The translations under genes were made by a program, and so were the position numbers. From Camelus ferus (Eukaryota), in the NCBI RefSeq assembly GCF_009834535.1, contig NC_045697.1, positions 19,780,001 to 19,844,000 of the forward strand: a stretch of 64,000 nt of DNA, read 5' to 3'. How positions within the stretch are numbered: the stretch's first letter is position 1; each line of letters opens with the position of its first letter. Below, in pieces: positions 25,801 to 36,959 of the stretch. The notes under the pieces are model-generated. The model was given only the letters and a program-made list of their open reading frames with translations. It had not been told where the DNA came from and made no database searches.

Positions 25801-28199
25801 CACATGAACCAAAAATGTGACTCATTTGAAGAAATAAAATTATTTACACAGCACCTAATGTAGAGACACAGCTTCTCACCTCCTCCCCTACAACAGCACT
25901 TGCTGGGTTAGGGACCAAAGTCCACTCCAAGAGGGTAAGTCTTGATAAGAGGGAAAGACCTGAGCTGGAAGGATAGACAAAATTTGTTTTCTGCAATGGA
26001 TTTTATCAAGAATCCAGTTAGCCAATATTCGTGTTTTGTAGCAGGCATAATTCTAAGGAAGCGGAAGGGAGGGCAAGGCCGGGTAAGAAATGGGAAAGAC
26101 AAACCATTTTTGACCATCTAGTGGGTGCCAAGCAATGCATTCATTGCTTTACTAGTGTCTCATTTCGTATTTTCAATGTAATTCTTCTGAAGTGTATCTG
26201 AAATTGAATTTCCACTTGGAACCTATGTAGGGTTTCATTGTATTTGAGATACTGATATTGATCATCTGATAAATTAAGTGGTTTGGCTCCATCTAGCCCC
26301 ACTGTTAGTAATGGCTCCAAGATTTATAAAGTCCATGTCCTCTGAAGTAAGCAACTCTGTGCCTAAATCCTGTTTTCCTGACTTTTACTTTATTTATCAG
26401 CATCCAAGACCTTGAGTGCTCCTATTACACACTCTGCGACAGTCAGGTTTGGGCTGGAGTCCTATTTTATATAACTGAAAAAGGAGGCAGAGGGTTTTCT
26501 CCCACCTGTACATAAGATACGAAGCAAACAACGGTATGGAATCAATTCCTATTTATATAATTCCAGTCTGGAAATTCTTTAACAAACTGCAGCATGGTGG
26601 TTATGTTATTACACGATATAATTTAAGGTTATGGTAGTAGAGTGCCTATAAAGAATAAAGGACCTGGAGCTGCTTTACGCACAAGAGGCCAGACCACTGT
26701 CGATTATACCCCCTAACTTCCTAAGATACTGCTAAATGATAGACCAGAAATCTCTTTGACATTAGCAGATGTATGCCAAGAGAAACAACAGGAGATGAGT
26801 CTTTAAAAGGTAAGACATTTCAACAGATCTCTGAAAATAAGGAGTAGAGGAATGAGGAAACAGATTGAGAAAAACGTAGGTACATCATAAAGGCAGAGCA
26901 GACAGCATTTATGTTCCTGGAATCTGCTGTTCACAGAGGATGCATCTCAGAAAGCCTCAGAGCCAAAGATCTTAGGTAAAAGAGAGCACAGTAGTGAAAC
27001 ATGGGACTGAGAATGGGGTGTTAATGGAAAAGGTACACACAACTGCTGATACCCCAGCACACAGTCACAATGACATCCTTCCCGTCACACCCCTTTCAAC
27101 ACACAGCAGCCCAGCATTTGCCAGATTAAATAAATAAATAAATAAAAGAGTGGGGATTCCCTTTCTTGGCAACATGGTTGTCTAAGCATACATAATTTCT
27201 CAGAGCAACACACCTAAAAATATTAGACGGAACATGTTTACAAAAGGCTTTTTATAAGAAGAGCTGAGATGGCAAAAATAGTAAGGAAACTCTTCTGTGC
27301 CAAGTGGAGGAGGGTAATAATGCCAAGAGATAAGCAGGTTCTGAATCGGGCCTCTGTCCTGAGAGTATCCGCTGTTCTGTGCTGTTCCAGTGGCCCACGC
27401 TTGGGGTGCCAGAAACAAGGCCCTGAAGGAGGCAGTACTAGAGATCCCACGTGTTGCCAAGAATCACAGAGGACTAGCTAGCCGTGGGTGAATTAGGAGA
27501 GAAAACCCCACTTACTGAGGAACACCAAGGAATTGTGCTTACTCCAGAGCTCTTTGGATGAGGTAAAATAGGACAACTTGAAAACATAAAACAAGTCAGT
27601 CTTCGCAGAAGTTTGACACACTCTGTGTAGTCTGAAACTCTTAAGACAGGAATGTTATTGAGAGTGACTATCCAGTGGTTGCTCTGTCCCCAGCTGTCTG
27701 GCAGAGCAATAAAAGAAAATGACCTAAAGTTATATATTTCATATAAAAAAGTATGTTGTATGAAAAATAATTGTCACAAAAGAATATTTATGTCTCCACT
27801 TATGTGAAACTTATAAACATGTAACACACACATAATATAAATATAAATGTATACACAGAGAGAGAAAGAAAGGGACAGACAGACAGAATGACTTTTGGTA
27901 CCATCTGGAGAGCAGCATGGGTTGCGATGCCATTATCAAAGTTACTAGAAGCTTCAAACCTACTTAAACATCTTATTTTTTAAATCAGGTTGGTGCTGAC
28001 ATAGACGTTCTTTTTATTATATTGTTTTGTATATTGAATATGCTGTAAGTAATTAAAACTAATCACCCAAGAGTTAAGGACATTTAAAAAATGCCTTTAA
28101 ATAGGTAAAAAATAAAAGTAGCCTTCGTAGCTACTTGCCATTAAATTGGGCCTGCCAGTCAAATACGCTCCCTTACATACAGAGAGCCTCCCCGCTCAG

Positions 28200-29950
28200 C
28201 ATGCCTGTTGTCTTATCTGTAATCATGATCAAACTACAAAGGTTGTCCAGGTAACTGACAAAAGGCTGCACCTGAAGAAAGGTGGACAAGAAAAGTAAAG
28301 AGAAAAAATGACCCCAGAAGCAAGTGAAAGGTAATTAAAGTTAATCAAAATAAAACAATTTTACACTAGACTCTATGAATACCTTCAAAAATTTTAATAA
28401 TAAAAATCATCTATAAAATGAGGTTGCCCTGAAAAAAATCAGACCACATTGCAAATTAACAAGATAGTTGTTGAAATTAAATAAATGTGATATATTAATA
28501 GATATGCACAAATTTGCGATTATCTCTTAGAAATTAAAGCAAAGAACAAGAAAAAAATATAAAAGTTAAAAGATAACAAAGATCAATTCAGATCCATCAT
28601 TTTATTAACATTAATTAACCAGAAAAAAATGAAGAGATAGGAAGGACCAAAGGGAATTATCACAAAAACAAAAACAGAAGTTCTCAGAATTGAAGAAGGA
28701 TATTATCTTCAAGTAGGAAAGACCTATTCAGGATTTAGAAAAGTCAAAACAAAAGAATGGTCAATAAGAACCACACCTGTATGTAGCATTTTGAAATTTC
28801 ATAACAACATAGATAAAGAAATTACCCGAAAGTGTAACAGAAAAGAACAAACTTGACTCCACATTGGCTCAATGCCTTTAGCTCTAATTGTTGTACCTTG
28901 TTGACTGTGCTTGGACATGCTGGGTCTGCACCTTTGTAAAAGAATGTTTCCTACAGCCTGAAATATACGTGATAGCTCAAGGTCATTCATATAGAGATAA
29001 AAAGTCACAGAACAGAGAATGACATCTGTCTTGTTGGAGGTTTACAGGAACACCATAACCAGACCTACACGGACAGTTTCAAGAACAAAAGATTCCTGCA
29101 CCAAGATTTTTGCAACAACCAGTGACAACCTACCCCCTTTTAGTATAAAAGCAGCCTGAAATCTAACTTGGGGAAGATGGTTTTTTGGGACACTGGTCCC
29201 CCATCTTCTTGGTCTGCTGGCTTTCTGAAGAAAGTCACTATTCCTTGCCCCAGCACTGTCTCTCAGTTTATTGGCCTGTTGTGTGTCAAGCAGTACAAGC
29301 TTGGATTCAGTAACAAAAGCACTAGAACAGGAAACATAAACTTGCCTAAAAAAAGGAAAAGAACATCAGACTGGAATCAATTTCTTAAACCAAACTAAAA
29401 GTAAGGAAACAACACCTTTAGTGTTCTCAGATGAAAGGGTTTTTAACTTAGAATACCACACCAGTTCAATGGAATACTATTCAGCCAGCGTAATGCCTTT
29501 ATATTCTTTCTTAGGGAATTATATGAGGGTGTGCTCCAGAGAAAACAGGGAGGAAATCAGGAAACAGAAAGATGTGGGATCTAAACAGCAATGAAGCACA
29601 CTCAGGAGATTAATGAGTTGAAGTCCTGGGAAAACAGGTGTGAATCTGACCTAGAGCGTGATCAGCGTAAATGAAAGGTGAAAGCAGGGAGACATGAATT
29701 TCTTGCAGCCAGTTGTGTGGCAAATTCAGAGGAGATTCTACAGTTTTGGAAGTGTCCCTAAATAAACAACAAAGGTAAAGAGTGCAAGGAAATTTTACAG
29801 TGGAAGAAAAATAGAGCCCACAGGTAAATAAATGTATTCATGATACAACACTTGGTTTTGTAGTAAACATCTTAATAAAATCCTAATTGTGTAAACATAA
29901 CTTACAAGTTTTCAATGTAAACTACAGAACAGAAGATAAATATTATTGAC
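28200..29950 (+). mobile_element. HAL1 / old L1 ORF1-region relic, interrupted by an ERV1-type LTR
   Basis: A-rich decayed ORF1-like text continues across the LTR; GAAAACAGGGAGGAAATCAGGAAACAGAAAGATGTGGGATC resembles HAL1. Related L1M 5'/3' pieces lie at about 26.6-28.1 kb. Confidence 0.6.
28833..29315 (+). mobile_element. ERV1-type solo LTR (copy 1)
   Basis: TGTAAC...TAACA termini, perfect 4-bp TSD AAAG (28829-28832 / 29316-29319), TATAAAA at 29144; colinear with 57417-57936. Confidence 0.9.
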
Positions 29951-30319
29951 TTGGTGCTGTAAAATAAACTGGCTTGTAATGGGAATCAGTTTTCCACCAA
30001 TGTTAGTCTCATGGATTTCGCTGCACATCATTGATTTTGCCTCCCACCACTGCGTGAGGTTTAAACTTAAAGGAAGGGAGTCTTACTCAGTTAGGACAGC
30101 AAGCTTGGCTAACAAGAATGAACGTTTCTTCCATAAGGTATAGAAGGTATCAGTGGCCCTAATGTGTGTCATATTGTCATACTGTCATATTGGCAAGAAA
30201 GCACATATGACTTGGGAAAGTCAAAGGAAAGTTCCTACCTCTCTTTGGTCATGGAGAGTTAATATGTTAGAGGAAGCAAAAATTGAGACCCAAGGAGGAA
30301 GGAGGGAGAATTTAATATT

Positions 30320-30460
30320 CACATTTATTCATTCATCATTCATTTAACACACACTGATTGAATGCATACTGTGTTTTAGGCAGGGTTCCATGTGCTGAGG
30401 TACAAGCACTAAATTCAATGGACAGAAATCTCTCCTCTCAAGGAGTTTAATTCTAGAAAG
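30320..30460 (-). mobile_element. L2 3' end
   Basis: (TTCA)n-like tail then ATTGAATGCATACTGTG...CTCTCAAGGAGTTTA, the antisense L2 terminus. Confidence 0.75.
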
Positions 30461-30757
30461 AGTCAACACCACTTTTACTCTGCACAAGGCATTATTCAAA
30501 GCACTTTAAATATGCCAATTTGTTTGATACTGGTTCTCTAGGACAGAAGCATGCTTTAGTGAGGTGAGTATTAGATATATTGAAGGTAATACTGAAGGCA
30601 AGGTCTCTCTCCATCCCCAACCAGGAGGAGACAGAGATGTGAACATCCCCCAAATAACCCCTCACCTCTGCCAATCCAGTGCATGGCCATACTGTTGGGG
30701 TTGGCAAAAGACAGCAGGTTTGCTCTCCCAGTTCAATCCCACTTTCTTTGTGGCATT

Positions 30758-31120
30758 GTGTTATTAATCAGGACAGAATAAGCTACACTCAGAAGCAATT
30801 ACCATGTGTCAGTGGTGCCTTCAACACAGCAAAAATGTATTTCTCACTGATGTTTCATTTGCTGCATTAAGGTCTCGATGGTGTACAGTCACACAGAGAC
30901 TATGGATGGAGGTTCTATCACTGAGAGCTTAAAGCTCCCTTAATTACCTTGGAGGGAAGAGAGATTCTGAAGAATTCTGTATGGGCTTCTCAGTGCCTCA
31001 TTTTGGATTCTCCCCATGTCCTTTCTGCTTTATTTTATTGAACAGAACTGGTCATATAGCTCAGTTTAACTGCAAAGTCGAGAATTATAGTGGATCAATG
31101 GGACTATTTAAGGAACAGAG
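30758..31120 (-). mobile_element. Ancient MaLR LTR (MLT1J/K-like)
   Basis: TGTTATTAATCAGGACAGAATAAGCT...CAGTGGTGCCTTCAACAC...GAACAGAACTGGTCATATAGC...AACTGCAAAG. Confidence 0.55.
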
Positions 31121-31604
31121 GGTAGCATCCCCCACCCCAGCTGCTAAAGGAGGAACTTTAAGTGAGATCGAATTTCAAAAGCAGAAAATCTGAAAGCCAG
31201 CAAAAGTTCCAGGGACTTTCTAGATAATGGATGCAGTAAACCAAGTGGTAAACCAAGTCAAACCTGGTGGCTTCTGGTACACCAGCAGGAATAAGGACAG
31301 ATGGATGACAGGAGGTAGACTCAGAAGGCTTCTCTGTAGCAGAGAGAGCCAAGATGACACTGAGTTAGCTGCTAGATGGAGGCTGATGATCCTGGGTCAA
31401 GTCAAAAGACGTCAGATCAGGAGTCTTATCATCTAAGTCCCACAAAGTATCCAGAGCCAAAGAAGTTAAGGAGCTCCGTGTGCCCCTCAGATGAATTTAA
31501 AGACCTCTTAACTTCCTGTGATTTCCCCACTCCTTACTCTCAAATGCATTAAGATTCTTTCCTAGAGAAGAGAGGGAATAGAAACATGGTGGGCACACAG
31601 GTAT

Positions 31605-31990
31605 TGTCCAGACTCTTCAAGGAAGGACTGATTGTGCCAGATGTCAGTAGACAGTTTCCAAATGCCAGTTCTTTGCCTCAGTTGCAAAGAGCCACCTTGC
31701 TCAAGGGCATGTCCTACCCAAAGTGGCCCATATTCAGTGACTGATGCAAGTAGGGGTTTAAAGATCCAGGTATCTTGGCCCAACACAGTGCACCTCTGAT
31801 GGACCATTTATGCTCCAGAGCTCCCTGTGGAATGAACTGTGGCTTTTGTAGTCTGACAACATAATTAGACTTTTCCCTCTGCCCAGTCTTGTTTTCTCTC
31901 TTTCTTTTCCACACCTGTAGATCCCTTATGAATATCTTACATGTCACACTCCATCTCAGTTTCTGCTTCTAGAGGGTATAACCTGCAAGC
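31605..31990 (+). mobile_element. ERVL LTR (LTR16-like), 5' LTR of the adjacent internal relic
   Basis: GCTCCAGAGCTCCCTGTGG...CCCTCTGCCCAGTC...ACTCCATCTCAGTTTCTGCTTC, directly followed by PBS-like TAATGCCAGGAGTGG. Confidence 0.75.
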
Positions 31991-33400
31991 TAATGCCAGG
32001 AGTGGTTCAAGAAAGGAAGTTATAACAATTGGGTTATGGAGCTGAATCACTTTCCCTTCCAGTCAGTCATTAGTAGTGGGTGGGACTCAGGTGACATCCC
32101 CTGGCGTAGGCAGCAGTTCAGTTGTTAAAACTCACAAGGATGGTGACTCGGGATGGCATGCAGGTGGGAGGGAATGCCCTAACTTTTGCAATTTGTCAGA
32201 CTTTTGAAAAGTACAAGAAAAGAATAACTGTAAAGACAGTGGGTTTAGAAGGCTATTGCTATGTATCATTGACACCTAGATAAATATGATAAAAGATCTC
32301 AAGGATTAATGAACTATTAAAAATTGAGTGTGGATGCCAAAGGGCCTCTTTGTTTACAGAGACAAAAGCAATTCTCACCTCCTACAGAGGGGAGCAGAGA
32401 AACATGAGGACCAGGCCCAGAACTTAATAGTTAGGAGTGGCGGTATTCTAGAGCAAATGCCCAAGCAAGGATGTCTGTTAGGCCAAGTTTAGAGACCTAA
32501 TTTAAAAAACAATCAGGGGCTTGACAATCATTCAACATTTTAGGGTCCTGTTAATAAGAGGTATAACAGGACACTGTCTTCAAAGCAAAAGATGAAATAT
32601 TGCATCTTGCAGGTTCTGAGTGACTAATGTTTAGTGATATTCTGGAGATGGTATTTTCCAGCTGGAAAATTGATCTGACCCACATAGTGGGGGGACAGGA
32701 AAATCCGCCATGTTTGAGTGAGGCACAGAGCAGGACAAAGCTCTGAAGCATTCCCAGGCTGTGTTGCAAGCAGCCCGACACCTGGGCCACACAATCTGGA
32801 ATACTCTCTGGTTTTAGAAGTATCAGTGGATGAAAAAATGTCACATGGAGCTTATATAGTAAGCCTCAGTGGGAGGATCGCAATGGTCAACTTCTGGAGC
32901 AGGGCCAGGCCACCTGCAGCAAAAATGATACGCCTTTTGTAAAATTGCTCCTAGAATGCTACTGGGCCCTGGGAGGGGCAGAATGCTTGACCATGCAAAA
33001 CCAAATGACTGTACATCTGGAACTTCCCATTGTGATTTGGGTTCTGTCAGATCCAGAAAGATCAGGTGGGCTCGGCAGCAACTCAACATACGATGGAAGA
33101 GGAGTATTAGAACTGATCAAACAGCACGTGCAAGGGGACACCAAAGGACAGGTCTGCCTCTCCTCAGCTCATACCTACGTGCATTTGGAGAAATCCCTTA
33201 GGATCAGCTGGAGGATGAGAAAGACGCCAGAGCATAGTTTACACATGTATCAACTTGGTAGATTTTGGTGGCAGCCAAAAACAGATGGTGGCTGCAGTAC
33301 ATGCTCACACACTTGGAAAACAATAGAAAAAGAAAATCCTCTCAACCTGGCCAGCCACTTTGTGTGGACGGAGAAGTAGCCCTCCAACTCTGGAGTCATA
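31991..33400 (+). mobile_element. Decayed ERVL internal sequence (ERV3-16A3-like): gag start joined to part of pol
   Basis: Frame at 32945 reads LLECYWALGGAECLTMQNQMTVHLELPIVIWVLSDP, matching the ERVL pol motif LLACYWAL..TE.LT.G.QVT.RPELPI..WVLSDP; it continues after a frameshift as KIRWARQQLNIRWK. Many stops and deletions. Confidence 0.85.
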
Positions 33401-33589
33401 AATTGGTGTCAAGCTAATATGAAGATATGCATGTAATTGAGAAAACTAAAAAAGAAGTATGATTGCTTCCTGAGGTTACAAACTGGCCCATATCAAGAGA
33501 CAGTGATAAATTATTATCTCTGAAAATCATTATTACTTATTTTACTACTTGCCTGCATTAAGCTGATTCACACACACACACACACGCAT

Positions 33590-34385
33590 AGCTCTTGTCG
33601 ATCACCTTGATATTTACCTTACCTTCCACGTGCCTTTCTTATTTCCCCAATGTATCACGAATTCTCCTTTCATTCTTACTCCACAATATACAGCACTATT
33701 GTACACAGCTGCAACAGCTTTCTAAATAGTTCCCCTGTATAAATGGCTGTCTCCTTCCTTTCAACACTCTGCATACCCAGTCTCCTAGCTAGAGTAATTT
33801 TCCAAAACTATTTTTGATCACAGTGCTTCTTTGTTTTACTACCTCCAGAGCTTTCTCTTACAGATAACGTCACACACATAATATATGGTCCACACTCTGC
33901 TTCTTTTTCAACCTCCCAGCCTTAGCTCCCAGTCGTCAGATTGATCTCTCCAGTCATTCTGAACTGCTTTTAATTCTTGGAATGCGTTTTTGACTTGCAC
34001 TTCTCTGCCCTTGAATATGCCATTTCTTCAGACTAGAATATGTTCTTCATTCCCTCTGCTTCCATTTAGTTAGGTCCTCAATTAAAAATGACCTTAATCC
34101 AGGACCTTCTTTCTTCTGCAGGACTAGGTTGAAATGCCCTGCCATAGGTTCTTGAGCATCATCCCAATGAGTGACATGTCATTCCCTTTAATTACTTGTT
34201 CAATACATATCTTACTTCCTAACAGTAAGCTTCCTGAGGACAGAAACAACTGTGTTTATATGTATGTATTATTTATTCTTATATATATATTACATATGTT
34301 TACGTATATACACATGTTCATATACATTTACTTTTCATGTGCTCAGGTGCTTAGAATAAATAAGAGTTCAGGCTATATTTTGATT
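33590..34385 (+). mobile_element. L2 3' region
   Basis: CTGCAACAGCTTTCTAAATAG...TAAGCTTCCTGAGGACAGAAAC, pyrimidine-rich L2 sense text. Confidence 0.65.
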
Positions 34386-34943
34386 TAAATAGTTATTAGG
34401 ACCAGTTGAATTCTTAAAATAAGACGAAATTAGAAGCAGAGCTGCAATAAACATAAAAGGACTGCATTTTAGAGGAACTGCAATGTTCTACAAATCTGTT
34501 TAATAAATTCTAGAATAAAATGTACTAATCATTGAAAAAATGGTGTATGCCTAGTAAATTTTTGATATTTAAGAACTCCATAGTTTAATAGTTAAACTCT
34601 CCTGGTAGAAAAGGAGAAACCCACTTTCAAAGTAGAGTGAAAACTTTTTCGTGATACTGCGCTATGCATAAATTACCCATAATGAATTGAGCAATGAGTG
34701 AACCACATATTTTTATAATGTTCTTCAAAATAAAAACAGTTTTACCTTCCTAGAGGATGCAACTGGCAGGTATAATCACATTTAATCTTCTTGGTTCACT
34801 GAAAATGGAGAAACACACACACACACAAAAGAATGAAAAATCAGCAAAATTGGCCTTAGTTCTCTCACACCAGGTGTCCTCAATTATTTAAATGGATGTT
34901 TTCAGGATGCAGTAGTTTCTCTCCACCAGAACTGCCCCACTTC

Positions 34944-34982
34944 ACAGGCAACAGGCAACAGGCAACAGGCAACAGGCAACAG
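34944..34982. repeat. Perfect 7-bp tandem repeat (ACAGGCA) x5.6
   Basis: Seen directly. Confidence 0.95.
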
Positions 34983-36959
34983 CAGAGCTGTTATTTACTT
35001 TGATCCTTATTATGTGGCTCATCTCAGTTTGTATAAAAAGCCTCAGAGAAATGCACCGACATCATCACTAATGCTGGTTATTGCAGCTTCCACTTCTTCT
35101 TAGCTTGGTAAAACAGCGCATATTAATTTTTCCTCCTGTGACATTACCTACATAAATATTATTAGACATATAACAAGGGCAAGATTTATATGTTGTCCTT
35201 TCTTCAAGTTGGTTTTTACTATTTTGCATCAGTTCGAGTTTTGTAGTCTTAACCTTGTCTGTTCAGGCCGGGACTGACTCCTCCGAAGTGAACACACCAA
35301 AATATGCTAGAAGAGTCTTTGGTGAAGGTCTCATTCAATAGGAATTTTAGCCTGTTTGGCTTTGCTTTTACTTTTTTTTACATTACATGTTTGTAAGATT
35401 TTTAAATTGAAATTTATGTTTTTAGGGTGCACAATATCCTTGGTGATTATACTGAGCTCCGATCCAGCGTCATGAGTCTGAGGTAAGATGTGTAAAACAG
35501 AACAATTTCTAGTTCCTTTCTTTAGAAGTATTTTTCACAGCTGAGGCAAAATTAAAATCTGAGCAGCCAATTCAATTTCAAAGAGGGATGAAAAAAATGA
35601 AACTTTGGCCATTTATGAATTTCTTGAATGCTTATTATGTTCCCAGTACTTTGCTAACAGTGATTTTTTGATAGGATTTAAGCAAGGCTGATGGTCATTC
35701 TGCAAATGTCAAGACCCCAAAGTGAATATGCTGATCTGAAATATTTCTAGAACAGCAGGTAATTGGTGTCTCCACTTCAATTTGTGTTACATAGTAATGG
35801 CTTCAGGGACATTTAATATTAGAAAATCCAGCTCTTCAGAAAAATCACACATATTAAAATAGTTACTCTGAAAGAACTCTCTGGGAACACATTTTGGGGT
35901 TTTAAGATATATACTCAGAACCAATAAGCTTCTTGATACCACAGTCATAACACTGTATGGGCGTTCCATGAACTATAATGATTTGTGGGACATGATTATG
36001 GAAGATGGAAGCCTGATGAAGTGGAATCAATAAAATACCAGTATGAAGCCTGAATCACTAATAGGTTTTAGGGTCATGTGATGGTTGAAGGTCAGTGAGC
36101 CTGAGTTTCTCCATATATTAAATGGGGACGCCATCACCTAACTCCCAGAGCACTTGCAGTCATAGTTTAAATGAAATAATTGTGTCAAACTCCTGCTTAA
36201 TAATATGTTGTTCAATAAACATTAAATCCCCTCACCAAGATTTACTGGTTGCTTTCTCCTGGAAGCCACATAAAGGAATTCTAGTGATTTGGTGACTTTC
36301 TTTGAAATTGACTTTTGTTTTCATGTGGCTTTTTAGTGACTTCCTAAGGCTGCTTCCTGCTGGAGTAATGTATTGCTCTATGCATTCTCATGTGTTTCAT
36401 CCAAGCACTCACATACTGGGTGTAAAATAACTTTAAATTGTTTCCAGGTCCAGCTGGTTGGGATCCCACTCTCCCTTGGAACTCAGCTTGTAGTAATCTG
36501 TTACTTATCACGGGTATCAGACCAGAACAGACTCCAGAATTTATAAAATGCTTTTCTGCATCATCAGATTTACTTAACTATTACTTATTGTATTTATCAT
36601 GTGTTTCAGAAAGCACCTCATACAAATCTTAGAGTTGTATTTTATAGATCACTCAGATGTGCCGTGCATGTCACCTGGCTCGTTTTTATCTGTTTCTTAT
36701 AGGAATGGAGGAAGGCTGAAAGAGTGAAATTACTTGGATGACAAAAGTTAATATGTAAATCTATGTAATATCTCTATGTCCCTATAAGCAGGTGGTAATA
36801 TTAAACTCATTTAATTAAACTCCACTTTTCATTAAGCACTTTTTCATTATACAAGCACTATAACAGAAAATAAATGGTTATTAAGTATCAACTATCCAGG
36901 AAGTGAGTTCAAATGGCACCAGTGGAACTGACAGTGGCAAAGGGTAAGTTTGTGACTAA

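Noticed and set aside
34944..34982. CRISPR-like or other prokaryotic systems
   Set aside because: Repeats here are spacer-less microsatellites and minisatellites in clearly mammalian DNA; no operons, rRNA or NUMT seen.
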